A stretch of 64,000 bases of DNA, from the NCBI GenBank assembly GCA_050011565.1, contig JBEKIW010000003.1, positions 64,001 to 128,000 of the forward strand. The letters run 5' to 3'. The notes below the pieces were generated by a model. It saw nothing but the letters and a program-made list of their open reading frames with translations, was not told the origin of the DNA and did not search any database. Made by a program: the position numbers and the translations under genes. The stretch's first letter is position 1; each line of letters opens with the position of its first letter. Positions 32,878 to 42,095 of this stretch are shown piece after piece. The stretch is from Dehalococcoidia bacterium. GTDB taxonomy: Bacteria > Chloroflexota > Dehalococcoidia > GIF9 > UBA5629.

Positions 32878-34593
32878 GTGCCAGGGATAATAAGATGTCC
32901 TAGTTGCGGCCAGGAAATCGATTCGAACAGTCGGTTCTGTGTACATTGCACTGCGAGAATATGTCCCGGTTGCCACGGGCCTGTCCCTCCAAGAGCGATT
33001 TACTGCCCGCACTGCGGTTTTTCGGTTGGTCCGGCAGTGCCCGGCGCCGCAGAACAGCCACCGTCTGTACCAACACCCAGACCGTTTACGCCATCACAGG
33101 GTGGCATAATTGGGCCGCAGTCCAGACAATTTCCTTCATCGCAAGGCGGCATAACTGGACCACAGCCCGGACAATTTCCTTCGTCGCAAGGTGGCATAAT
33201 CGGACCGCAGCCCGGACAACCGCCATCATATCCCGGGACAGGAGGCACCATCCCGGGCACACCAATCCCCCAACCCATACCACCCCAGCAATACGGGACT
33301 GGCGAACCGCAGCCGGGAGCTTACGGTTCACCCGGCGGTAAGCCATATGCCGGTATGCAGCAACCGCCCATTACTGATAGAAGATTTAGGGACACGGGTC
33401 CGATACGGGTAAGGCGGTTTTCTCCGGCTCTGGTTATTATCATTCTCATTGTCGCTGCAGTCGGCCTTTCAGGTTTCGCCGTCTACAAAGCTGGCTGGCT
33501 GGAAACCCCGCTTAATAACGTCCAGAAATTTGTTAGCGGAATGAAGCTACCAGGGTGGTTACCTTTCGGCAACAAAGATACTATACCTCCTACCATTCAA
33601 AAAGCCTCGGTTTCAAACGTGACCATGGCCGGCGCAGTCATAACCTGGCAAACTGATGAACCGTCTACCAGTCAGGTAATGATTTGCGAATCAAGCGGTG
33701 GCTGCACCTGGACCGAGCTTGATGAAAATTTAGTTACCGACCATTCAGTAAACGTAGCTGACCTGAAGCCCAATACGGCCTATCACTTTACCGCTACCTC
33801 AACGGACGCGGGAGCGAATCAAGGGACTGCTGAAGGCGATTTCACGACCTCAGGTCAAGCCACAACAGCATCGTTGGTTATTTCGGGAATACAAGTATCC
33901 AACATCACCGACTTAGCGGGTACCATAAGCTGGATGACTGACAAACCTGGTACCAGCCAGGTAATATATGGCACCACGAATGCCTATGGCGCAACCACAA
34001 CACTTGACCAGAATTTGGCCACCAGTCACAACGCCACATTAGCCGGCCTGACGCCAAGTACTACCTATCACTTCAAAGTTACGTCGCAAGACGGCAGCGG
34101 AAACGAAGCGACGTCTCAAGACCAGACTTTTACTACTCACAGCACTGTGCCGACTTCAACAGAGGTAGGTACCGAGATTGGCATGCACGCTCCTGAGTTC
34201 ACTTTGTCGACACTCGATGGCAAACAGGTAAGCCTTACTGAGCTTCGAGGCAAGATGGTGATACTGAACTTCTGGCAGGACATCCAGCAAAGCAGAAATG
34301 AGCTGTCCGTGATACAGGAAGTTTACGTGAAATGGCCTCGGGACAAGCTGGCGGTACTGGCTATCAGTTGGAAACAGACTCAGGCAGTCACTCAGGCCGT
34401 TGCTACTAACAAAGGGCTGACTTTACCAGTTCTTCTTGATGAAACAGGGGAAGTGGCGGCAAAATATAATGTTACTAAAAGCCCGGCCACTTTATTTATC
34501 GATGCCCAGGGAATTGTCAGGGATACGATTAACTACCCCGCCACTTTAAAAAGTCTCACGCAAGTAGAAAGCATACTTAATTCCATGCAATGA
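32878..34593 (+). CDS. Double zinc ribbon - Pro/Gly/Gln linker - TM - 2x FN3-like - redoxin-like domain lacking CxxC
   Basis: CPSC/CVHC/CPGC/CPHC; TM ALVIIILIVAAVGL; two W.TD.P..S.V...H...L.P.T.YHF units; APEFTL..GKMVILNFWQDIQQS. Confidence 0.8.
   Translation: MPGIIRCPSCGQEIDSNSRFCVHCTARICPGCHGPVPPRAIYCPHCGFSVGPAVPGAAEQPPSVPTPRPFTPSQGGIIGPQSRQFPSSQGGITGPQPGQFPSSQGGIIGPQPGQPPSYPGTGGTIPGTPIPQPIPPQQYGTGEPQPGAYGSPGGKPYAGMQQPPITDRRFRDTGPIRVRRFSPALVIIILIVAAVGLSGFAVYKAGWLETPLNNVQKFVSGMKLPGWLPFGNKDTIPPTIQKASVSNVTMAGAVITWQTDEPSTSQVMICESSGGCTWTELDENLVTDHSVNVADLKPNTAYHFTATSTDAGANQGTAEGDFTTSGQATTASLVISGIQVSNITDLAGTISWMTDKPGTSQVIYGTTNAYGATTTLDQNLATSHNATLAGLTPSTTYHFKVTSQDGSGNEATSQDQTFTTHSTVPTSTEVGTEIGMHAPEFTLSTLDGKQVSLTELRGKMVILNFWQDIQQSRNELSVIQEVYVKWPRDKLAVLAISWKQTQAVTQAVATNKGLTLPVLLDETGEVAAKYNVTKSPATLFIDAQGIVRDTINYPATLKSLTQVESILNSMQ
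33091..33222 (+). repeat. Three imperfect ~45-nt coding repeats (PSSQGGI(I/T)GPQPGQF)
   Basis: Visible in both protein and DNA. Confidence 0.8.
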
Positions 34594-34672
34594 TATACAT
34601 GACTGCCCTTAATCCATAAAATTCCGACTTAATCTCAAGAAATTCTTGCTCAACTATGACTAAAAGCTTAAG

Positions 34673-35617
34673 GTGAATAATATGTTAGAGAATGATAGTA
34701 TTGAACAGAGCGATCCTCAAGAAGCCAAACACAACGCCGACGAACCGGAAGATATAGTTAAAAAACCTCGGAAAAGACGGCGCCGGCTACCAGCTAAAAA
34801 GCAAGTTACCCTAGCCGGGTGGTGGCCAAAGATAGCTATTGCCGCCATCATCTTGTGCCTGGTACTTGCAGGGTTCAGTATCTTTATGGTTAATAGAGAT
34901 AAAACAGTTCCCGTAATTCAAAATGTATCAATTTCCGATATAGCCCAAACAAGCGCCCTTATCAACTGGCAGACTAACGAACCTGCCGCCAGCGAGGTCA
35001 CCATTTGCAGCTCCAACAATTGCACTTCGTTAAAACTAGACGAATCACTGGTTACTAATCATTCCGCTACAGTCACTGACATCGAGCCGGGTACAAGATA
35101 TCAGCTTACTGTAGTGGCGAGAAATAAACAAGGTAAAGAAGCCAGCTTTGCCTTAGAACTTGTAACACCGCACAAGCCAGCAGCCGCGGTTGAAATAGGC
35201 CCTGAAATAGGAGAACGCGCCCCTGATTTTACCTTGCCAACCATTGACGGCAAAGCAACGAGCTTGAGTCAGTTTCGCGGCAAGATAGTAATGGTGAACT
35301 TCTGGGAAACTACATGCAGTGCCTGCGCCGGCGAGATGCCAGACATACAAGCAATCTTCGACACGTGGTCAAGTGACAACCTGGAGATACTCGCCGTTAA
35401 TCATGGAGAACGAGAAGCATTTGTACAGAGCTTTATTGATAGTAAAGGACTGACTTTCCCCGTATTGGTCGATTCAGACCAAGCAATCAGCAATGTGTAC
35501 CAGGTATCCACTATCCCCACTACCTTTTTTATCGACGCCGATGGCATTATTAAGAGAATCAAGTCAGGACGCTTTACGAGTCAATTTGAGATAGAAACCA
35601 TACTCAAGTCCCTCTGA
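34673..35617 (+). CDS. Membrane-anchored FN3-like + TlpA-like redoxin protein
   Basis: Basic KKPRKRRRR, TM, WQTNEPA FN3-like unit, APDFTL, NFWETTCSAC..EMP, IPTTFFID. Confidence 0.85.
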   Translation: MNNMLENDSIEQSDPQEAKHNADEPEDIVKKPRKRRRRLPAKKQVTLAGWWPKIAIAAIILCLVLAGFSIFMVNRDKTVPVIQNVSISDIAQTSALINWQTNEPAASEVTICSSNNCTSLKLDESLVTNHSATVTDIEPGTRYQLTVVARNKQGKEASFALELVTPHKPAAAVEIGPEIGERAPDFTLPTIDGKATSLSQFRGKIVMVNFWETTCSACAGEMPDIQAIFDTWSSDNLEILAVNHGEREAFVQSFIDSKGLTFPVLVDSDQAISNVYQVSTIPTTFFIDADGIIKRIKSGRFTSQFEIETILKSL

Positions 35618-35775
35618 GCACAGCTTGGCCAAATTATTGAATTCGATCTTTTTTACAGCCTCGATTCTCTGTCTAGACACCCTGGAAAACTAGAGAAAGC
35701 GCTATACTGTAAGCTGAATTATAATTGCAATATCAGTATTTTGTAATATAAAATAGCTGGACTCCGGAGTGAGTT

Positions 35776-36726
35776 ATGAAAAGACGTAAATGGTACACGC
35801 TGCTAGTCCTGGGACTGGTTTTTATTGTATTAGGCTCGGCTGTAGCCTGCACCAAATCTGAAAAAGTCCAATATGCGCCTGATTTCACGCTGCAGAGCGT
35901 AAATGAGGCGATTGTTAATCTGAATGATTTTCGCGGCCGGCCGGTCATGCTTACCTTCTGGCGAATTAATTGCTCCGCTTGTGAATTCCAGATGCCTTTT
36001 ACACAGGAGCTTTACAATAAGTGGTCGAGCGACTCGCTGGCAGTGCTAACTATTAATGTCGGAGACAGAGCATCCGACGTTAAAGACTATATGGCTAGCC
36101 GTGGAATAACTTACCCTGTACTGCTCGACCAGCAAAGCAAAGTCGCCCAGGCCTACGGAATCGTTGGTGTGCCGACGACCTACTTCATCGATGGTAAAGG
36201 CGTACTAAAGGCATACCAGATTGGTGCCTTCCAGAGCGAAGATGCCATGGAAAGCGCTATTAAAAGCGTGTTCTCATCAATAACACTAAGTCCTAAAACT
36301 GAAACAAGTCCTGAGATTGGAAAAGTTGCCCCGGATTTCACCCTGGAAACCATTGATAGTCAAAGTATCTCATTGAATGACTTCCGAGGTAAAACTGTAT
36401 TATTGAACTTCTGGGTGAGCTCGTGCGATGCCTGTGTATCGGAATTACCTTACTTGCAAACAGCCTCTGACAACCGAACAGACCAGCAAGCGGTCATACT
36501 CACTGTCAATTGTGGGGAAAGCAGCCAGACTGTGCACAGCATAGTTGACCGCTTGAAACCTTCCTTCCCTGTGCTGCTTGACCCAGAAGGAACAATATGT
36601 ACAGCATATAAGCGCGGTGCCCCCACAGCTTTTCTTATCGATAGCAACGGCATTATCCGGGCGATAAAAGATGATGCTTTCGAAAACCCGGGCGAAGTAG
36701 AGAGCATGCTAGATTCTCTGCAATAG
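35776..36726 (+). CDS. Lipoprotein with two tandem TlpA-like redoxin domains
   Basis: Lipobox AVAC; FWRINCSAC...VPTTYFID and NFWVSSCDAC...APTAFLID. Confidence 0.87.
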   Translation: MKRRKWYTLLVLGLVFIVLGSAVACTKSEKVQYAPDFTLQSVNEAIVNLNDFRGRPVMLTFWRINCSACEFQMPFTQELYNKWSSDSLAVLTINVGDRASDVKDYMASRGITYPVLLDQQSKVAQAYGIVGVPTTYFIDGKGVLKAYQIGAFQSEDAMESAIKSVFSSITLSPKTETSPEIGKVAPDFTLETIDSQSISLNDFRGKTVLLNFWVSSCDACVSELPYLQTASDNRTDQQAVILTVNCGESSQTVHSIVDRLKPSFPVLLDPEGTICTAYKRGAPTAFLIDSNGIIRAIKDDAFENPGEVESMLDSLQ

Positions 36727-36770
36727 AAGCCGGGCAAGTTGTTCTTACCACCTTCCATAAAAGCAGGGAC

Positions 36771-37820
36771 ATGAGATTTTTAGGTGCGCTGCAGGATCTG
36801 GCCAGAGGATTAGGCGCGCTGCTCCTCGTCGTGGTTGCCGGCACCATCGGCTACAGGCTAATCGAAGGTTGGTCGTTCATGGACTCCCTGTTCATGACAA
36901 TTACAACTATAACCACGGTGGGATACGCCGAGGTACACCCTCTGTCGAAAGCCGGACAAATATTCACTGTTTTCCTGATTCTGGGCGGGGTCGGCACTGC
37001 CTTTTATATTCTCACCAGCCTAGTACAGTACATGCTTGAGGGAGAATTCGGAATTAGAATAGGGAGGCAACGTATGGAAGCCAAAATAAGAAGACTGAGT
37101 AACCATTTCATCGTCTGCGGCTACGGGCGAGTTGGACAGGCAATTGCCAATATACTCAGGCAGCAAGGGGTTAAACTTGTAACTATCGACCGAGACAGAG
37201 AAGTTGTCAACAAGGCACAACGAGCAGGTTATTTGATAATTCACGGTGATGCTACTAAAGATGAATCGTTGAAACAGTCACGGATAGACAGCGCCAGAGG
37301 TATAATTATCGCCCTGGGCGATGACGCCGATATTATTTATACCACACTTGCTGCCAAAGAGCTAAATGCGATGTTACCTATAGTCGCCCGCGCCAATAAT
37401 GAAGACGCCGAGAAAAAATTATTGCAGGCCGGTGCCCACCGTGTTGTAGCTCCAGAAATCATCGGCGGAGCACGAATGGCCAGGCTAGCCCTGCGCCCAC
37501 AAGCTGTGGAATTCATTGAGGCAGTCTTATTCGGTAAAGAGAAACAACTTCTAGTAGAGGAGATAGAGGCAGCAAAGAGCTCACCACTGGTCGGCTCTAC
37601 AATAAAAGAAATAGAAGAGCAATTTGCGGGAATAAGAATTCTGGCTTTGAAAGAGAAGAATGGAACATTGATTCCGAATCCAGGCCCGCACAGCATTGTT
37701 GAAAAAGAAAGCAGTTTAATCGCCTTCGGTACATTTGAGCAACTGCAGTCCATCGAGGGATGCTGCCAGCCGGGCAGAACAAGAACGCAGACAGTTAAAA
37801 AGCCCCGAGCCAATAGATAA
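36771..37820 (+). CDS. Potassium channel family protein with TrkA-N/C (RCK) domains
   Basis: Pore TITTVGYAE, VCGYGRVG, GDAT, IVARA, TrkA-C SPLVGSTI. Confidence 0.9.
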   Translation: MRFLGALQDLARGLGALLLVVVAGTIGYRLIEGWSFMDSLFMTITTITTVGYAEVHPLSKAGQIFTVFLILGGVGTAFYILTSLVQYMLEGEFGIRIGRQRMEAKIRRLSNHFIVCGYGRVGQAIANILRQQGVKLVTIDRDREVVNKAQRAGYLIIHGDATKDESLKQSRIDSARGIIIALGDDADIIYTTLAAKELNAMLPIVARANNEDAEKKLLQAGAHRVVAPEIIGGARMARLALRPQAVEFIEAVLFGKEKQLLVEEIEAAKSSPLVGSTIKEIEEQFAGIRILALKEKNGTLIPNPGPHSIVEKESSLIAFGTFEQLQSIEGCCQPGRTRTQTVKKPRANR

Positions 37821-37924
37821 ATTCACACTGTTGTCTTCCGACACGACCTGCAGAAAAAATCAAGCCGACTGCAGTCACAAAGCCGGTCACTTATGCTAGA
37901 ATAGGCACCAAAAGGAGAGGATAA

Positions 37925-38980
37925 ATGATAAAGACACGCATGACTGAGATATTTGGAATAAAGCATCCTATCATGCTAGCCGGGATGAACTGGATAACTG
38001 AGCCGGAGCTGGTCGCTGCAGTTTGCAATGCCGGTGGATTAGGTGTTCTGGCCACCGCCGCCACCACACCGGAGGAGACACGAAAAAGCATCAGACAAAT
38101 TAGAAAGCTTACAGATAAACCGTTCGGCGTCAACCAGGTCCTTATTGGTCCCGGAGCAAAACAGAACATAGATGTAGCCATTGAGGAAAAAGTCCCCATC
38201 ATAAACTATTCATTGGGAAAGCCATGGTTCATTGAGGAGGTCCACAAATATGGCGGGAAAGTCTTGGGCACCACAGCCATCGCCAGACACGCGGTCAGAG
38301 CAGCAGAATTAGGTTGCGATGCTATCGTAATCACCGGTCAGGAGGCGGCAGCTCATGGAGCTAATGCTACCTCGATGGTGTTAATACCTCTCGTATCCAG
38401 TCAGATAAAAGTTCCGCTTATAGCTGCCGGTGGATTCTACAACGGCAGAGGACTAGCCGCCGCTCTAGTATTAGGGGCTGACGGCATATCCATGGGGACC
38501 AGATTTATGCTGTCTAAAGAGAGTCGGGTCCACGATAATTTTAAAAAGCTATGCCTCCAGGCTACTGAACAGGATACGCTGTACAGCGACCGGTTCGATG
38601 GCATGCCCGGCAGAGCGTTGAAAACCAAAGTGACTGAGGACATGATGAAGAGCGGATTACCGTTAACGGAAGCATTTAAGGGAGCCAGGGAAATAAAGCA
38701 ATTGCTTAAGCTATCATTCTGGCAATTCGTACGCCTCAGCTTTCAGATGATGCGGTCAGATGAGGGCTCGCCTCTTATGGTTCAAGCTCGTCAGGCCGCC
38801 GGCACGAGGAGACACCTGAAAGCAATAAATGAAGGTAACGAACAGGAAGGTATTCTATTTGCCGGAGAATGTTCCGGTGCAATAAATGAATTGCTCAGCG
38901 TTAAGCAGATTATCGACGGAGTAATAGCCGAGGCCGAAGAGACACTGGAAGCAACCAGAAAAAAGATTGGGAAATCATAG
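37925..38980 (+). CDS. Nitronate monooxygenase/FabK-like flavoprotein (paralogue 2)
   Basis: HPIMLAGM, TGQEAAAHG, PLIAAGGF, GISMGTRF. Confidence 0.88.
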   Translation: MIKTRMTEIFGIKHPIMLAGMNWITEPELVAAVCNAGGLGVLATAATTPEETRKSIRQIRKLTDKPFGVNQVLIGPGAKQNIDVAIEEKVPIINYSLGKPWFIEEVHKYGGKVLGTTAIARHAVRAAELGCDAIVITGQEAAAHGANATSMVLIPLVSSQIKVPLIAAGGFYNGRGLAAALVLGADGISMGTRFMLSKESRVHDNFKKLCLQATEQDTLYSDRFDGMPGRALKTKVTEDMMKSGLPLTEAFKGAREIKQLLKLSFWQFVRLSFQMMRSDEGSPLMVQARQAAGTRRHLKAINEGNEQEGILFAGECSGAINELLSVKQIIDGVIAEAEETLEATRKKIGKS

Positions 38981-39025
38981 AGGGGCTACGGTCTCACAAT
39001 GTAGGGCAACGCCAGCCTACAGTAT

Positions 39026-40024
39026 TTAACTATCTCCACCATGGAGTCGCTGCTGTATCTGGCTTAGAATACGTTCGGCCTCCCGTACCATCGTCTCCAA
39101 CAGTTCCCGACAGCTGACGATTTCTTTAATGAGACCGATAGACTGACCGACAGCGAAGGGCGCTCCATCGACATCACCGTTTTCCCAGGCTTTCTCGGAG
39201 CGCTTGCCGGATATTAAAGGTATTATCTCCTCCAGCCCCTCATGCCGCCCCTCGACCTCCAGTACCTTGCCGACTAATTCGTTTTTAAGTGCCCGCATCT
39301 GCAAATCGATTGTCCGGCATATAAGCGTGGTATCATTTTCCTGACGGCGAACGATTTCCTCTTTGATTTTGGGATGTGCCGTACACTCCTCCGTGGCGAT
39401 AAACCGTGAAGCCATCATCACCCCTTCTGCACCGAGAACCAGGGCGGCAGCCAGGCTTCTGCCGTCAGCTATACCTCCGGCGGTAATAACCGGTATTTTC
39501 ACCGACTCGGAAATTCGCGGAGTCAGCAGCATTGTCGTTACATCGTCATTCAACGGGTGCCCCCCTTCTTCGAAACCGGCGGCAATAACTGCATCATAGC
39601 CAGCTTCTTCAGCATGCCTGGCATGCCTCACGGAACCGACTTTATGTATCAGTTTGACACCAACTTTCTTCGCCTGGCTGATAGCATCCATGCCCAGATA
39701 TCTATCTAACGGCGCACCCGAGATTTCAATTGCAGCCACCCCTTTTTCGCAGCAGGCTTGAAAATAATCCTGGTGCATTTCTTTGGTAATCCGCACCGAA
39801 GGCAGCAATGTAATATTCACGCAGAATGGCTTATCCGTGAGTTGCCGCGTTTTATCTATGGCTTTGCTAAGTTCATTTCCGGAGCCATAGTTTCCGGACG
39901 TCAAATTGCCGAGTCCGCCGGCGTTCGAAATAGCGGCACAGAGCTCAGGTTTAGCCAGCCACATCATACCGCCGCACATAACCGGGTGTTTGATACCAAG
40001 AAGTTTCGTCATTCCAGTTTTCAC
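39026..40024 (-). CDS. Nitronate monooxygenase/FabK-like flavoprotein (paralogue 3)
   Basis: HPVMCGGM, GFEEGGHP, PVITAGGIADG, MASRF; GGAGG before GTG 40024. Confidence 0.88.
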   Translation of the reverse strand: MKTGMTKLLGIKHPVMCGGMMWLAKPELCAAISNAGGLGNLTSGNYGSGNELSKAIDKTRQLTDKPFCVNITLLPSVRITKEMHQDYFQACCEKGVAAIEISGAPLDRYLGMDAISQAKKVGVKLIHKVGSVRHARHAEEAGYDAVIAAGFEEGGHPLNDDVTTMLLTPRISESVKIPVITAGGIADGRSLAAALVLGAEGVMMASRFIATEECTAHPKIKEEIVRRQENDTTLICRTIDLQMRALKNELVGKVLEVEGRHEGLEEIIPLISGKRSEKAWENGDVDGAPFAVGQSIGLIKEIVSCRELLETMVREAERILSQIQQRLHGGDS

Positions 40025-40194
40025 GGGTCGCCTCCAAACACTAAATATGCTTACCTCTACGCAGGCACAATTATAGCCCAGCGAAAGCAACGATAAAAGA
40101 ACATAAAAAAGATTTTGCTTCACTTCATCACTTCTGTTAGACTGCTAGTGGCTATTTGCGGGTAAACAAATCCTTTTGCAAAGGAGTCCTATCG

Positions 40195-41229
40195 ATGAGA
40201 ACAAGAATGACTGAATTATTCGAGATACAACATCCCATTATGTTAGCCGGCATGGCTTTCGTCAGCCTACCCAAGATTGTAGCTACTGTTTCTAACGCGG
40301 GCGGTTTGGGTATGTTCAACAGCGTGGCCAACACGCCCGACCAGATGAAAGACATCATCAAAGAGATTAAGTCACTCACCGATAAGCCGTTCGGTATAAA
40401 TGTTACGTTGCTCTTCCCCAACGCCAGAGAGAACGCAGAAGTAGCTATGGAAGAAAGAGTGCCCATCCTGAACTATGCGCTGGGGAAAGGCGATTGGCTT
40501 ATCAAAGCCGTGCACGAGTACGGCGGTAAGGTAATAGCCACAGTAGCCACAGAACGTCATGCACGGCGCGCTGAACTGGATGGAGCTGACGCAATTGTTG
40601 TCACCGGCCTAGAGGCAGCGGCACATGGTGGCGAACCTACATCACTGGTGCTTATACCTCTAATTGCCAGCCAGGTGAAAATTCCTATCATTGCCGCCGG
40701 TGGTTTCTGCGATGGCAGAGGATTGGCAGCGGCTTTGGCTCTGGGTGCCGACGGCATATCTATGGGCACCAGGTTCATGCTTACACAGGAGAGCCCGGTA
40801 GCTTTAACCGTTAAAGAGGTCGGTGTTAAAGCTACGGCCGAAGACACCTTTCGCTCAGATAAAATCGATGGCCTGCCCGGCAGGTACTGGAAGAATAAAG
40901 CTGCTACGGAGCGCGCAGAAGGAAAGGTGTCACTGACTCAAGCGGTGTCCAGCGGATGGCGAATAAAGAAAATGCTGGATGTTCCCTTCTTTAAACTTTT
41001 CCTAAGCGGTTTAAAGCAGAGAGGTGTCCAAGACCTGGCCCGTCAAGCTGTCAGCGTCGATTCTCTTAAGGCCCTACAGGAGCCCGGCGACGTGAATGAT
41101 ATAGTCGTGCCCCTGGGGCAGGTCGCCGGTAGGATAGACGATATACCTACGTGCCTGGATCTAATTGAAAAAACAGTCTCCGAAGCCGAATGGGTAATAA
41201 AAAGACTGAGAGAACAAGTCACTTCTTAA
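40195..41229 (+). CDS. Nitronate monooxygenase/FabK-like flavoprotein (paralogue 4)
   Basis: HPIMLAGM, TGLEAAAHGG, PIIAAGGF, GISMGTRF; AAGGAG before ATG 40195. Confidence 0.88.
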   Translation: MRTRMTELFEIQHPIMLAGMAFVSLPKIVATVSNAGGLGMFNSVANTPDQMKDIIKEIKSLTDKPFGINVTLLFPNARENAEVAMEERVPILNYALGKGDWLIKAVHEYGGKVIATVATERHARRAELDGADAIVVTGLEAAAHGGEPTSLVLIPLIASQVKIPIIAAGGFCDGRGLAAALALGADGISMGTRFMLTQESPVALTVKEVGVKATAEDTFRSDKIDGLPGRYWKNKAATERAEGKVSLTQAVSSGWRIKKMLDVPFFKLFLSGLKQRGVQDLARQAVSVDSLKALQEPGDVNDIVVPLGQVAGRIDDIPTCLDLIEKTVSEAEWVIKRLREQVTS

Positions 41230-41334
41230 AAACAGAATTGCTCAAGTCGGTTGCCCTACCAAAAATTAACTAATATCTACCAGACAACCGAACTTGCCTG
41301 AAGCCACCAGACAGTCAAACATCTAACAGGTCAA

Positions 41335-41409
41335 TTATTTCTTTTTAGCGCCGGCTTTCTTGGCTGGCTTCTCAGCCTTTTTGGCATGAGCCGCACAGGT
41401 CTTACACAT
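41335..41409 (-). CDS. Putative 24-aa small protein MCKTCAAHAKKAEKPAKKAGAKKK
   Basis: AAAGGGG RBS 9 nt before ATG; upstream TTGGCT...TGATATAGT promoter-like motif; strongly biased Lys/Ala composition. Confidence 0.6.
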   Translation of the reverse strand: MCKTCAAHAKKAEKPAKKAGAKKK

Positions 41410-41578
41410 AGCCTTAAACCCCTTTCTACTATTTGAGTCCTTATTTTTAACTATATCATCTACCAAAACAAACAGCCAATTTCCCCGATTTTTTACAGCA
41501 ACGGTCTTGACCACCCCTACACCAAGCAGTAGAATGCCACAAAGTATAATAGACGCGTCGGAGCTGTCGAACAGTAAC

Positions 41579-42067
41579 ATGTTAACCTGCAGGAAAGCAA
41601 CGCCGGATGATTTGGGACAAATCACCGAAATTTACAATGATGCTATACAAAAAACCACAGCTACATTTGACACTGAGCCCAAGAGTCTTGAGCAACAAGA
41701 AAGCTGGTTTGCCAACCATGATGCCAGTCATCCCGTATTAATTGCCGAAGAGGATGGACTTATCCTCGCCTGGGCATCTTTGAGCCAGTGGTCTGACAGA
41801 TGTGCCTATTGTGATACTACCGAAATATCGCTTTACGTCAAGGAAGAATACCGCAGAAAAGGAATTGGGAAACAACTTATGAAAGCGATTATCCAGGAGG
41901 GTAGGGCAGCAGGCTTACACACAGTAATTGCCAGAATAGCCGGCAGCAACAAAATAAGTGTCGACCTATGCAAATCTTTCGGGTTCCAGTATATAGGAAC
42001 CATGAGGGAAGTAGGCAAAAAATTTGGCCAGTTGTTGGACGTACATCTAATGCAGCTAATCTATTGA
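41579..42067 (+). CDS. GNAT N-acetyltransferase (phosphinothricin/YncA-like)
   Basis: IYNDAI..TTATFDTEP, EISLYV..YRRKGIG, EVGKKFG..LDV. Confidence 0.9.
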   Translation: MLTCRKATPDDLGQITEIYNDAIQKTTATFDTEPKSLEQQESWFANHDASHPVLIAEEDGLILAWASLSQWSDRCAYCDTTEISLYVKEEYRRKGIGKQLMKAIIQEGRAAGLHTVIARIAGSNKISVDLCKSFGFQYIGTMREVGKKFGQLLDVHLMQLIY

Positions 42068-42095
42068 TATTAGGCACAAACTCAATTACTAAATT

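Noticed and set aside
41410-41625. N-terminal part of the 96-aa ORF 41335-41625
   Set aside because: It overlaps the GNAT gene and both promoters; the RBS supports the ATG at 41409.
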